Origin: a virus
Reading direction: 5' to 3' (one strand)
DNA: 64,000 nt
IMG/VR virus record: IMGVR_UViG_3300045116_000678
Span: 18,903-82,902 of that record
How positions within the stretch are numbered: position 1 is the stretch's first letter; every line of letters starts with the position of its first letter. Below are positions 45,697 through 55,661 of the stretch, piece by piece. The translations under genes and the position numbers were made by a program. The notes beneath the pieces were generated by a model, which did no database searches, was not told the origin of the DNA, and worked only from the letters and a program-made list of their open reading frames with translations.

Positions 45697-45936
45697 ATGG
45701 ATACCTCCATGCGCCTTTGTTTCTCGATGGGTCCTTTCGACCTCGTGAACGAAGAGCCTGTACTCTTTCGCCAAATCGACCACCCGACTCCTTCCAAGAC
45801 TGGACTGAAGCCGGGGGAGTTTGATCGTGAGCGCATGTCAAAGGCCCTAGCTGGCCCAAGCATCACCATCCCGCAGGGTCTGTCTGCCGACGAAATCGGG
45901 GCTTTCATCCTCGACGCTGCCGCGCGGATGAAATGA
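45697..45936 (+). CDS. Small antitoxin-like protein (start uncertain)
   Basis: FDRERMSKAL..IPQGLS; ATGA overlap with next gene. Confidence 0.5.
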   Translation: MDTSMRLCFSMGPFDLVNEEPVLFRQIDHPTPSKTGLKPGEFDRERMSKALAGPSITIPQGLSADEIGAFILDAAARMK

Positions 45937-46385
45937 CCTTCACCGTCGGGTTTAAGCGGAAGTTTGCATTCGAGTACGAGCAGCGCCTGGGCAAGGCGGA
46001 TCGGACTGCGATCAACGTCTTCATCGCTACCTTCGTTCAGCATGGTCTAGCCGACCAAACAAGATACGTGGGGCGCGTCTCCCCGTCTTGGATGAACATC
46101 CCGACCGATCATCCCAACTACAAGTACGCCCAGGAAAACCACCTTTGGCATTACCACATCGGTATTCCGAAGTACCAAGGCGCTCAGGCGTGGGGGAAGA
46201 CTTCCGATTGGATCTTGCATTTCCAGTGGCAGGATCGCGGTGATCGCGTGGAGCTGGTCGACCTGTACGCTCACCATGACCAGGATGGAAAGTTTCGGCT
46301 TCCCACCGCGGACTACCTGGAAGACGACCCAGCGGCGGCTGCACCTGAGCCGATTGCCCAACCACCAGATCCTCCATCGGTCTGA
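45933..46385 (+). CDS. Toxin-like protein with LWHYHIG motif
   Basis: 150 aa; RelE/YafQ-like size and layout; followed by terminator. Confidence 0.55.
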   Translation: MTFTVGFKRKFAFEYEQRLGKADRTAINVFIATFVQHGLADQTRYVGRVSPSWMNIPTDHPNYKYAQENHLWHYHIGIPKYQGAQAWGKTSDWILHFQWQDRGDRVELVDLYAHHDQDGKFRLPTADYLEDDPAAAAPEPIAQPPDPPSV

Positions 46386-46396
46386 GCCATCGAACA

Positions 46397-46419
46397 GCCC
46401 GCCCCGCGCGGGCTTTTTC
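46397..46419 (+). terminator. Intrinsic terminator
   Basis: GCCCGC-CCCGC-GCGGGC-TTTTTT. Confidence 0.65.
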
Positions 46420-46618
46420 TCGCCCGCAGCCAACTATTTCACGCGCGCTATGGAGGAATCTGACGGAAACTGAGCGTCCTCCCTGGCCGACCTCCAAGCG
46501 GCCTTCGGCCCACCCTAATCGGTGGGCTTTTTCTTGCATGGTGAGGGTTACCGGTTGCTGTCGGCTGTCTCCGCCGTCGTAGCCCCGCAGCGGGGCAACT
46601 GTCGATCCCGCACACCTG

Positions 46619-47497
46619 CTACGCATCAATCGATGTCAGCTCCACCAGCTTGGCAAACTCTTCCAAGATTTCGGGGTAGTGCCTCTGCATGTAATGCATC
46701 ACACGTTCGTTATCGATCATCTTCACGACATACCCCCTCGCCAACATCAGGTTCAACATGTCTTCCCCGTGAGACTGCTCGGCTATCTTGTACTGCGCGA
46801 GCAAATTAGACATCTCGGTTTCCATGCGCAGTAGCTGCTCCTGAGATAGGGCGCGACGACCTAACGGCCGCTTTCCGGCGACCAAAAGCTCTGGCGAAGT
46901 CGCCGCGAGCAGTGCCCTGGCATATGAGGCACTGACGCTGTTTGCGGACACCATCAATTCCGCGCATTCAATCTGTCGGGTGGGCTTCATTCTTCGCAGC
47001 GCGACCGGGACTTCGGGAGAGAAGTTGACGTCCTTCAGTATGGCTACGACCTCGTCGCAAATTCCGTCAAGCAGGGTACTTTTCTTCTGCAGCAGCGAAA
47101 CGTCGATCGATAGACCCTTGGCAAGTTTGGCCGGAGGAATGCCGCGATCTACCGCGCGACGGATCATCAGATGCTCTTGAATCGTCGACAAACGGCTAAT
47201 GCGGTTGTTGTACGTGAAAGTTTCGTCGTCAGTGGCGATGAGGCATGGCACCTCGAGAATTGAAAGCTCCTTAATGACCTCCAATCGCAAGTGACCATCC
47301 AGAACAAGGTGATGCCCAGTTTTCTTATCCACACCAGACACCGATAGAGGTTCGATCAGTCCGATCTCTTGGATTGACTCGCGAATCTGTCGATACTTGG
47401 GAATCAGCTTGTTCTTCGGATCGAGCTTTACCGATGGGAGTAGCGCGCTCACCGCAATCATGATTGGCTTGGGAAGAAAGGCCAACAGGGTGCTCAT
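46619..47497 (-). CDS. ParB/RepB-like partition protein
   Basis: SIQEIGLIEPL..LDGHLRL. Confidence 0.85.
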   Translation of the reverse strand: MSTLLAFLPKPIMIAVSALLPSVKLDPKNKLIPKYRQIRESIQEIGLIEPLSVSGVDKKTGHHLVLDGHLRLEVIKELSILEVPCLIATDDETFTYNNRISRLSTIQEHLMIRRAVDRGIPPAKLAKGLSIDVSLLQKKSTLLDGICDEVVAILKDVNFSPEVPVALRRMKPTRQIECAELMVSANSVSASYARALLAATSPELLVAGKRPLGRRALSQEQLLRMETEMSNLLAQYKIAEQSHGEDMLNLMLARGYVVKMIDNERVMHYMQRHYPEILEEFAKLVELTSIDA

Positions 47498-48396
47498 ATC
47501 GGGCCTCCCATACGGACCACTCGCTCGGCGAGGTAAGCAGGGAGCGTGTCTAGTCCTTCCAGCCGCAAGACGTTTACCAAGTTCTCATCGGTGAACATCT
47601 TGCGCAACGCGCCGAGAATGAAGAACAGGCGCTGCTGGGCCAGTGATGATTTCCGGACCATCATGCGCTGTCTCTCAACTTCCTTTTTGTAGGCGCGGAC
47701 TAGACTTGAACTACTGACATCCGCTCGGCGACGTGGCGGTGCTCTTGCAATGCTCCTGCCCAGGAATTGGCGCCGCTCAATCAATTTCTTGGCGTACATC
47801 AACTGTGGCCCGCGCAGTTGCCCCGATTCATACGAGTCTTGCATCGCCAACTGCACAGCCTTGTCGTCGTCACCTGCCCCGACGATCAGCAGTGCGACAG
47901 TAATTGGGATCTGCCCCCGGCCTACTGCAACGAGCAGCCGTTCTTCCCCCTTGTCTGCAAGCTCCAAGATTTGGCGGACATAGCCTTCGTGCATGTCGAT
48001 CTTCTGGGCGATCTCCCGTGGAGAACAGCCCTTGTCGCGAAGAAGCACGATGCCGTTCAAAAGCTCCATGGGTTTGTGTCGGCGCCGAGCGATGTTCTCC
48101 GCCAAGCTCATCACGAAAGCATCCTCGTCGGAGACTGTCACCACAAGCGCCGGTATGCTGGACTCTCCCAATCTCTGGAATGCCTTCATGCGGCCCTCGC
48201 CGCAGATCAAGACGTAGCGTTCTGCGCCATCCGGGCCGGGCCCAGGCGTCACGGTGACGGGCTTCTTCAGCCCCACCACACCAATATTCTTCACGATGAC
48301 GTCGAACTTCTGTTGATCCCGCTCACGAGGGTTCAGAACTTCGATTCGATTCAGCGGAATCATCCGCAGTTCAGGCAGAGAGAGGTTGGCGGTCAT
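47494..48396 (-). CDS. ParB/RepB-like partition protein
   Basis: NPRER..VGLKKPV..ICGEGR..SLAENIARR. Confidence 0.85.
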   Translation of the reverse strand: MTANLSLPELRMIPLNRIEVLNPRERDQQKFDVIVKNIGVVGLKKPVTVTPGPGPDGAERYVLICGEGRMKAFQRLGESSIPALVVTVSDEDAFVMSLAENIARRRHKPMELLNGIVLLRDKGCSPREIAQKIDMHEGYVRQILELADKGEERLLVAVGRGQIPITVALLIVGAGDDDKAVQLAMQDSYESGQLRGPQLMYAKKLIERRQFLGRSIARAPPRRRADVSSSSLVRAYKKEVERQRMMVRKSSLAQQRLFFILGALRKMFTDENLVNVLRLEGLDTLPAYLAERVVRMGGPI

Positions 48397-49955
48397 GCAG
48401 CCCTCTTGAGTCGCGTGCGCGCTGCCATCTTGTAGAAGTAATCCAAGCTGTCGAAGCGGTAGCTTTCAAGCTCGATCGGATTCCGCTCGCCTAGCCTGAT
48501 GCGCGGACAATTGATGTCCAGCCTCGGTAGTAAGTAGTAGTCGAACGCAGACCGGTTGTCCTGGTTCAAACGTATGGCAACTGTGAGGTCAGGATTCAGC
48601 CCGGTGTCGAATCTGATCTTCCAGAAAAGGCTTCCGCTCTCGACCTTGTGGCACCGCGCCAGCACAACAGAGACATCAAACTCGTCGTTCACCCGCAGCA
48701 TGTCGGTGTCGGTATCTCGCTTCACTTTCCCCCCGATGGCCTCGATCCGCGATTCCGCGTCGCTCACAACAGCAGGGTGCAACTGCCGAAGAATGCGATT
48801 GATCTCGATGTACTGAAAGTCTCGAGCAGGCGTATATCCAACCAAGTGATACGCGCGAATGAGGCTGCCAAAGCGAGACGCATAAACCGAGGATGAGGGC
48901 ATTCCTTCGGTTGAGTTGATGATCAAACCTGACAGGGCCTGGCGCTCTTCGTAGAGCACGCGAAGCCGTGTGATCAGTTCTTCATCGGTCAGCCGCCGGG
49001 AGCGCGCCCGAATGATTCCCTGTGCCGTGTAGAAGACCTCTTTTGCGACGATCGGGGCAAAGGCGTCTTCACGGCGGATCCACATATCGGACGGATTGAC
49101 TACACGCAGCTTGCGAAGCTTGAACGAAACGCGGTTGTAGACATTGCTTCCGATGTACTTTTCGTTGATCAGCACCCCATGAACCGTCGCCCTCGACCAG
49201 GATCGCCCAAGATCAGTAAGGATCTGCATCGAGTTGAGTCTGCCGGCTATTTGATTCTCCTGCAGTCCGTCCCTGACAAACCACGCATAGATCTGGCGAA
49301 CCGTTTCAACCTCGTTGTCTGGGCCAGGGACCAAGATCACCCGGTCGGTCTGAAGGCTCTTTTGCTCACCTCGATCGAGCAGGCCCTTTTGCTGGCCGAG
49401 TTGATCGATCAGCAACCGTCGAAGTCCGAATCCCGCAGGGCCACCCTGGCGAAAGCCCTCCTCGACGAGCCTGCACTGGCCAGCAAACACCTTTGCGGAC
49501 AGTTCACGGCTGTATTCGCCGGCCATCGCACGTTTGACGCCTTTGACGATGGTCGAGACCGGCGAGCCATCGTTCTCGAACTGCTCAGCGCAATAGATGA
49601 CCTGAATGCCCGCCCGTTTGCAGATGTACTCGTAGTACGCACTTTCGTCAGCATCTTGAAAGCGACCCCAGCGACTCACGTCATAGACGAGGATCATCGA
49701 ATAGCCCGGTCGTCCTGACTCGACGTCCTGAATGAGTTGTTGCAGTGCAAGCCTTCCCGCGATGCGAAGGCCGCTCTTCCCCTCATCCGCATATGTCTTC
49801 ACGACTTCTATGCCGCGCTGCCTGGCGTACTCCCGGATTCGGTCCGTCTGGTTCTGCGTGGAGTACTGCTGATGTTCGGTCGACATCCGCACATACTCCG
49901 CGGCGCACACTCCTGAGGAGTGGCTTTGCGGGATGTCGGCGCGCAATGCTTCCAT
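48393..49955 (-). CDS. Large serine recombinase
   Basis: YVRMSTEHQ; D.GKSG; YDVSRWGR; L.NEKYIG. Confidence 0.92.
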   Translation of the reverse strand: MEALRADIPQSHSSGVCAAEYVRMSTEHQQYSTQNQTDRIREYARQRGIEVVKTYADEGKSGLRIAGRLALQQLIQDVESGRPGYSMILVYDVSRWGRFQDADESAYYEYICKRAGIQVIYCAEQFENDGSPVSTIVKGVKRAMAGEYSRELSAKVFAGQCRLVEEGFRQGGPAGFGLRRLLIDQLGQQKGLLDRGEQKSLQTDRVILVPGPDNEVETVRQIYAWFVRDGLQENQIAGRLNSMQILTDLGRSWSRATVHGVLINEKYIGSNVYNRVSFKLRKLRVVNPSDMWIRREDAFAPIVAKEVFYTAQGIIRARSRRLTDEELITRLRVLYEERQALSGLIINSTEGMPSSSVYASRFGSLIRAYHLVGYTPARDFQYIEINRILRQLHPAVVSDAESRIEAIGGKVKRDTDTDMLRVNDEFDVSVVLARCHKVESGSLFWKIRFDTGLNPDLTVAIRLNQDNRSAFDYYLLPRLDINCPRIRLGERNPIELESYRFDSLDYFYKMAARTRLKRAA

Positions 49956-50085
49956 CGGGTAACCCCTCGAGCACAACTGGCTGGTTCAGAAAATCTGTGC
50001 GCCAAGCAAGAGGGCGCAGCGCAGGCGGCACGCTCGCACAGTAACAGGACTCTGCAGGAAACTCGATCAAGTCTTCTCTTTGCAA

Positions 50086-50520
50086 TCAGTCCGCAATGGC
50101 TGCGATCGGGATGAGTTGGACGAGCCAACTCTGCGCGGCGGTGGCCTCACCACCCCACAGCCGTGCCAAACAAAAAAGCCCGTGGGGTGGCGGCCAAGCT
50201 GAAGACACGTCAACCTTTGCAATCGAATTGAAATCGTCAGTGCGACGACGGTTTCGCTCCCGCTGCTGCTCGCGATTTGAGGCGACGTATTCAGGGTGCT
50301 CGCCGCGATACTTCCTCCAGTACTCTCTATTTTTCTCTCGCCAGACCGACTGAGCTTCGAGCTGTTCCTGGTGGTAGTCAGGATCTGTTCTGCGTTTGGT
50401 TCGTTGCCACAAAAGCTTTCTTGCCTTCTGGCAGGCAATGTCTGAACAGTACGCCTGTCTGGGTGCCCGAGGGTTGGGGTCGTATGGCCTGCCACAGGCG
50501 CTGCACCACCGCTTTTCCAT
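50086..50520 (-). CDS. Zn-ribbon basic protein
   Basis: CSACG..YCS..CQKARK..DPDY. Confidence 0.65.
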   Translation of the reverse strand: MEKRWCSACGRPYDPNPRAPRQAYCSDIACQKARKLLWQRTKRRTDPDYHQEQLEAQSVWREKNREYWRKYRGEHPEYVASNREQQRERNRRRTDDFNSIAKVDVSSAWPPPHGLFCLARLWGGEATAAQSWLVQLIPIAAIAD

Positions 50521-50763
50521 GGCTGCTCCTTGCGCCCTTCAGGGCCAACACAAGAGAGAGCCCAAATTGTCGAAGCTGCCGCGCCGGGCTCTGGGGCGCC
50601 AGCAGCTGATGGAAAACCGCCTCACCGCGGCTTGGGCTGATCTAGGACTTGGAGCGCCCGGTCGGCCCACGGACCTACTGTCCTCGCTCGACTTGAAAGG
50701 GGCGCGGACTCCTAGTTGTCCGCAGTGAGAACAATCCCACCAGGAATTGCGAACGGGATGTGG

Positions 50764-51498
50764 CTAGAAGAGGCCGACGGCTTCAAGTTGCGCAGCTGGT
50801 GGACCCGCAGGCGCCGCGTCGAACACCTCGTGCGGCGTGAGCTTGATGAGCGCCCTCGCCTCCTCGACCGTGCCTTGCAGCCACCGGTCTACTTCGCCTC
50901 GTTCAAGCAGCACTAAGCTGCGCTTGTCCTGTTTGTCGGGGCCGAGACGCGGATCAGGTTTGTGCATGCGCTTCATCAGCGGGTGCGCGTCGGCGTTGAC
51001 GGTCACCATGGAATAGCTGGGCACCACCTCGCCCGTCGCTGGGTCAGTCCACTCGCTCCATAGGCCCGCCACGCTCCACGGCTGACCATCAGCGCGGAGG
51101 AACCGCCACCAGACATTCGCGCCAGTTTCCCAGTTTGGCTCGAAGAAAAGCCGGGCAGGAACTATGCAGCGTTGGCCCTTCTTCCATGCCTCGCGGTAAG
51201 TCGGCCGGCTGGCGATCGTCTCCTGACGAGCGTTCACGGTGCTGATTCGCTTGGGCTTCTCGCCCGGGCCGCGTGGCCGGCTCATCGGGATGCGAGTCTC
51301 GCTGTCCGGAGGAATCATCCCCCACTGAGCCAGTTGCGCCCTGCGCTCGCCCTCGCCATCCAGGCGCACGATCGGCCCGGTCGAGAGCGGGAACAGTTCG
51401 CGCGCCCTGAAGAGGCCCGACGGCATGCGCTTGCCGGCGCCGATCTGCCAGAAGTCCTCCAACTCGCGCATCTCTGGTGGGATGTAGCGGGTGCACAT
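50764..51498 (-). CDS. SRAP (YedK/HMCES) family protein
   Basis: MCTRY N-terminus; WG; NARQET; RCIVPA..FFE; MH. Confidence 0.9.
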   Translation of the reverse strand: MCTRYIPPEMRELEDFWQIGAGKRMPSGLFRARELFPLSTGPIVRLDGEGERRAQLAQWGMIPPDSETRIPMSRPRGPGEKPKRISTVNARQETIASRPTYREAWKKGQRCIVPARLFFEPNWETGANVWWRFLRADGQPWSVAGLWSEWTDPATGEVVPSYSMVTVNADAHPLMKRMHKPDPRLGPDKQDKRSLVLLERGEVDRWLQGTVEEARALIKLTPHEVFDAAPAGPPAAQLEAVGLF

Positions 51499-52133
51499 AT
51501 CAGCAGCATACGCTGATCAGTCCGAGCATCTCAGAGCTGGTCATATAATGCCTTAGTTCTCATTGTTGAGCACTATTCCTACGTCGCGCCGATTTCTCTG
51601 CTGGACTCTCACCGGTCAGAGGAGTCTCTGAATGAAACCCGACCATCCACTTGGCGAAGAATTTTCCGACTGGGCCGAGCTAACCGATCAGTATCGCGCT
51701 CGGCTGGAGCAGGCGTCGCCTCAGAAGATTCCACACCGGAGCCAGTTGGCCCGCATGGTGAAGCGTTTGCGGGCCCTTGCGACCGCAGCCACCGAGGCGG
51801 TCGCGCGACAGACTCCACCACCCCGCTGACCGCTCAGGGCTGAAGGCGCGCTAGAAACTCGGCCCAGAGAGCGTCGAAGAGCATGCCAAGAAGGCTGGCA
51901 TTGGTCCAGCGTTGCAGAAAACGCCCAAGTTATCGCGCTGACGGCTCAGAGAGGGTTTGGATTGTCGATTCGATCGCGTTGCGCATGGCTGCGTGCCCGG
52001 GCGGCTCCCTCAGCCACACCAAGACCAGCCACAACACGCCGACAGCAAGCACGACGCAGCTCGCGAGCGCGTAGATCAACAGCATTTCCATCCCCTCGAA
52101 GAGTTGAGCCAGGAAACGATTGGCTCGCGTGAT

Positions 52134-52352
52134 TTATGAAGACCGGCTCGACCCGGCTGTACCAGGCTGTACGTTCCGGATTGTCCCGCCGGGCTCCAGC
52201 CAAGCAAGCGCCGCCTCGTCAGGGGTGAGACCAAGCAGATCCGGATTGTTCGCGATCTCGCGCGCCACTTCGTCCAGTTCGGCCGGATCAATGGTCCTCC
52301 AGCGCCGTTGTAGGCGATGTGCGCAGAGAGCGATCCAGATTTCGCGATCCAT
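52134..52352 (-). CDS. Small hypothetical protein
   Basis: WI..CA.RL..RW..P.EAA..W; next to LexA box. Confidence 0.55.
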   Translation of the reverse strand: MDREIWIALCAHRLQRRWRTIDPAELDEVAREIANNPDLLGLTPDEAALAWLEPGGTIRNVQPGTAGSSRSS

Positions 52353-52359
52353 GGTGATA

Positions 52360-52375
52360 CTGTATGAAAATACAG
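52360..52375. promoter_or_regulatory. LexA (SOS) box
   Basis: CTGT-ATGAAAAT-ACAG between divergent starts. Confidence 0.8.
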
Positions 52376-52377
52376 GT

Positions 52378-52770
52378 GTGTTCGCAATCGTTTATCGCTG
52401 TCGATTCCATGGTGCGCGGCTCGATGCCGACGCCATCCGCGCCAACCCCCTACAGGGAGACCTCATCGTGCACCGCCGGGGAATGGGCCGAATCGCCAAG
52501 TTGGTGGCCGCAGACGGGGAAACCTACCTGACCCCGCTCATGGACAAAGTTCGCCTGCTCGACCTGAACGAGCGCGGGCTCCTGATTGCCGGGCGGGAGA
52601 GGTATCCGGGCAGAAGCGACAAGCGAGATGGGCCGACCTATCCACAGGCTTGGTGGTGCATCCCGGCTCCACGGCCAGTGCTGAGGCCCGATACGCGCCC
52701 ACAGCAGCTCAGGGAAGCAGCCGAGATAGGCCGCACGATGGTCAACCACTACTCGCGACGCAGAGGCTGA
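52378..52770 (+). CDS. SOS-box-linked hypothetical protein
   Basis: GTG right after LexA box; G.E..YPQAWWC. Confidence 0.6.
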   Translation: MFAIVYRCRFHGARLDADAIRANPLQGDLIVHRRGMGRIAKLVAADGETYLTPLMDKVRLLDLNERGLLIAGRERYPGRSDKRDGPTYPQAWWCIPAPRPVLRPDTRPQQLREAAEIGRTMVNHYSRRRG

Positions 52771-52837
52771 GGCTCAACAGCCGTTCCTGATCCTCGATAC
52801 TCCCACGACCTAGCTCACCTTTTAGCCGCGCTCCGGC

Positions 52838-53824
52838 ATGACACACAACAACAACTTCGACGCGATCCGCCTCATCGCTGCTTTAACAGTACTAGTCAGC
52901 CACCAGTTCCCCCTTACAGGCCGGACCGAACCGATGGCCCTGGATCCCTACCGATTCGGGACGATAGGAGTGGTGGCGTTCTTCTCGATCAGCGGCTACT
53001 TGGTGATGACCAGTTGGTCGCGAGATCCACGCATAGTCGCATTTGCGGTCAAGCGGCTATTGAGACTGTGGCCCGGCCTGGCTTTGGTCACAGTGGTCCT
53101 CACGGTGCTTGCGATCTGCTTCCAGCCCAATCGCTGGCCCGAGGCAATCGAGTTTCTGCGCATGAACTTAGTCTTCGTGCAACGTGGCGGAAACTACTTC
53201 CAGTCAAACCCGATCGCGATCCTCAACGGCCCGACCTGGACGATCCCAATTGAGGCGTTCTGCTACTTCGCATTGGTGATCGCGGCGCTGATTTTCCGCA
53301 GGTCGCTGCCCCTCGCACTTATTGCCTTTGTCGTGGTCGTGGGGAACTACACGCGCAGGCTCACGGATGCATCTCTGATCGAGAAGGCTCAAGCCATGGG
53401 CCATCCAACATTTGCGCCGTGGCTCGTTGCAATCTTCATGTTCGGAGCGTTATTCAGCCTTTGGCCGCGTCTCCAACGCTTATGGCTCGTATTCGTAGCC
53501 ATCGGCCTCGCAGCGCTTTGGGCCGGACATAGCTCGCTCGCGCTGTTGCTTGCCGCGCCCCCATTGCTTGTTTGGGCGGGACAGAAGTCGTGGCCTTTCT
53601 TCCGGCACGCCGGGCGCTTCGGGGATTTTTCCTATGGCATATACCTCTGGGCGTGGCCTGTGCAGCAGTCGGTAGTCGTTCTGCTTGGAAAGGATGCGTC
53701 GATATTCGCGCATCTGTTCTTGTCAATGTCTGTCACCACCGCGCTTGCAGCATGCTCGTGGCATTTTGTCGAAGAGAAAGCGCTCAAGCAGAAAGACCAG
53801 GTTAGACCAGCCGAGCCCAGGTAG
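52838..53824 (+). CDS. Acyltransferase-3 (OafA-like O-acetyltransferase)
   Basis: FDAIRLIAA..SH; FFSISGYL; R.LRLWP; GDFSYGIYL; about 10 TM. Confidence 0.9.
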   Translation: MTHNNNFDAIRLIAALTVLVSHQFPLTGRTEPMALDPYRFGTIGVVAFFSISGYLVMTSWSRDPRIVAFAVKRLLRLWPGLALVTVVLTVLAICFQPNRWPEAIEFLRMNLVFVQRGGNYFQSNPIAILNGPTWTIPIEAFCYFALVIAALIFRRSLPLALIAFVVVVGNYTRRLTDASLIEKAQAMGHPTFAPWLVAIFMFGALFSLWPRLQRLWLVFVAIGLAALWAGHSSLALLLAAPPLLVWAGQKSWPFFRHAGRFGDFSYGIYLWAWPVQQSVVVLLGKDASIFAHLFLSMSVTTALAACSWHFVEEKALKQKDQVRPAEPR

Positions 53825-53876
53825 TAGTTGAACGACCACAACAAGCGCCGCCCAACCGTCCTAGACCTCCAACTCC

Positions 53877-54410
53877 CTAACTTCCAACGCCTCTCGCCGG
53901 CCGTCTACCTTTCCGCTTTGCAGGGACGATGAGCTTTCGAAAGGTCTGGTACGCCTTGTCCTTCTCAGCTTCCAGGCATGCGAAGAACTGCGCCTGATAT
54001 TCCGCCGTCTTGCGGTACAGCATCTCGGCGTGCGCCTGCTCGGCCTCGTAGATCCTGGCCTCCCTCAAGCCGGTCCCTTGATGTTTGACGAGGGATCGGC
54101 GCAGCGCCCAGCTATCTAGCTCGATCCATGAGGACTGCGGCCCCTTGTGTCCCTTCGGCCGAGTACGCAATAGCCAAAACTCGAATGCGCCGCAGGTCCA
54201 CCGGAAGTGGGCCTTGCCGCGCGGCCATTCGAACCCATCGGGGATGAGCCCTTCAGCCTGCAATTGGGCAGCGGTCCCAGTCCACCAGTCCCAAGCCCGA
54301 GCGAAGATCTCGATCTGCAAATCTTCGACGGCTGGCGTCGCGCACCCGTTCGCAGATCCTAGATCGAGCGCAGCCACGCTCCCAGATTTGTGAGGTAGCC
54401 GCTCAGTCAT
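53877..54410 (-). CDS. Hypothetical protein
   Basis: GTAAQLQAEGLIP motif; coupled operon. Confidence 0.6.
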   Translation of the reverse strand: MTERLPHKSGSVAALDLGSANGCATPAVEDLQIEIFARAWDWWTGTAAQLQAEGLIPDGFEWPRGKAHFRWTCGAFEFWLLRTRPKGHKGPQSSWIELDSWALRRSLVKHQGTGLREARIYEAEQAHAEMLYRKTAEYQAQFFACLEAEKDKAYQTFRKLIVPAKRKGRRPARGVGS

Positions 54411-54693
54411 GGGCCGCCCCCTTGAGACACTGGTCGTGCAAGAAGCGTTGAAAGGCTTTGTCACTGGAGGCAGCGGCGATCCGTCCGTCAGTCGGAACGA
54501 TCTCCGCCTTGTCGAACAGCTCCCACAGGTGATAGAGGTGATAGTCGAGCTTCTCCACAGCAGCCGGAGCTAGTTGCAGAGGATGGGCGCCACCTGGTGT
54601 GGTGCAGTACTTGGCAGCAGCAAGACGGCCGAGCATCTGCAGGTTGAGCTTGCACGCTTGTCGGAAGCCTTCGGGGCTGGCGTAACTAGCCAT
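54403..54693 (-). CDS. Hypothetical protein
   Basis: GGAGG RBS; coupled. Confidence 0.55.
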   Translation of the reverse strand: MASYASPEGFRQACKLNLQMLGRLAAAKYCTTPGGAHPLQLAPAAVEKLDYHLYHLWELFDKAEIVPTDGRIAAASSDKAFQRFLHDQCLKGAAHD

Positions 54694-55021
54694 GGCGCAC
54701 CTCCGACAGGAAGCGCTGCAACTGAACGTCGTTTCGCGCCTGCTCAACCGAACGGAGATCCACCATCGGGGCCGTCTTCAGCATCTCGTACACCTGGCTC
54801 AAAAGACCCAGCAGCTCATCCGCGTGACTGTCCGCGATCTTGTAGTGCAGCCAGTTGTGCGGCTTCATGGTGAAGGCGTCGCGATGAATCATCACGATCT
54901 TATCCATGCAGCTTCGGCGGAAGTCGGCCTCCGACAGGGTCGGGCCGTCGTATGTCGCAGAACCTGGAGTCCGCGCCTGAACCTCTGCGCTCTTGGGGTC
55001 ACGACGTGTTGGCCTAGGCAT
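54686..55021 (-). CDS. Hypothetical protein
   Basis: GGAGG RBS; coupled. Confidence 0.55.
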   Translation of the reverse strand: MPRPTRRDPKSAEVQARTPGSATYDGPTLSEADFRRSCMDKIVMIHRDAFTMKPHNWLHYKIADSHADELLGLLSQVYEMLKTAPMVDLRSVEQARNDVQLQRFLSEVRHG

Positions 55022-55271
55022 GGTCCGCCTCCGCGCTGAACACAACGTCGACGAGCTTGGCAAGCTCATCTGCCATATCGCCGCAGGCCCACATGAAGCT
55101 GTCTTGAATATCTTCGCTGTGGTTGCGGAACGACGCCCCTCCCTCTCCAAACGTCATATGAAGAAGGGCACTCAGTTGCTTCGACACTGCAGATAGCCTG
55201 TCGAAGTCGTCCATGTGTGAATTTCGAGCGAGCGGGGATGCCCATTCCGGGGCGACAATTGAGGTAGCCAT
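55014..55271 (-). CDS. Hypothetical protein
   Basis: AAGGA RBS; QLSALL..G..F..QD.FMWAC. Confidence 0.6.
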   Translation of the reverse strand: MATSIVAPEWASPLARNSHMDDFDRLSAVSKQLSALLHMTFGEGGASFRNHSEDIQDSFMWACGDMADELAKLVDVVFSAEADHA

Positions 55272-55408
55272 GGTGCACGTTCCTTTCAGGGTGAGTGCGT
55301 TGTGGTTAGAACGGCTGCAGGGCTCCTACCCCCTGTGGCCGTTCGCCTTTGTGCCTCGGATTTAGCTGGTTTTTGATGCAAACCAGATCCCGCCCCGAGG
55401 CTCAGCGG

Positions 55409-55594
55409 TCATTCGTTCTTCGGCTCCTTCGCCTTGTCGATCTTGTCGCGCACCCATGGCGCACCGCCGAGCCGCTGCAGTTTTTCCTTCTGCGCTTCGG
55501 AGAGCTTGATCGTGATCGGGGATGTGGCCGGGGCGCCCGCAACCTGAGGCTTAGGGCCTCGACGCGGGGGCTGTGCCGGTTTCTTCTCGTCCAT
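55409..55594 (-). CDS. Small RHH-like DNA-binding protein
   Basis: RGPKP..ITIKLS..LGGAPWVR..ID. Confidence 0.6.
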   Translation of the reverse strand: MDEKKPAQPPRRGPKPQVAGAPATSPITIKLSEAQKEKLQRLGGAPWVRDKIDKAKEPKNE

Positions 55595-55603
55595 GCGTTA
55601 AAT

Positions 55604-55634
55604 GGTACACCTATTTCCAATATATAGGTGTACC
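55604..55634. promoter_or_regulatory. Perfect 11-bp inverted repeat (operator-like)
   Basis: GGTACACCTAT-N9-ATAGGTGTACC just upstream of the RHH gene. Confidence 0.6.
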
Positions 55635-55661
55635 TGTTTGCACTCGTAAACCCGGACCATG

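Noticed and set aside
52448-52458. CCCTACAGGGA resembling the late box
   Set aside because: Inside a CDS outside the prophage; hexamer at N24 is CGAGCC, not nAnnnT
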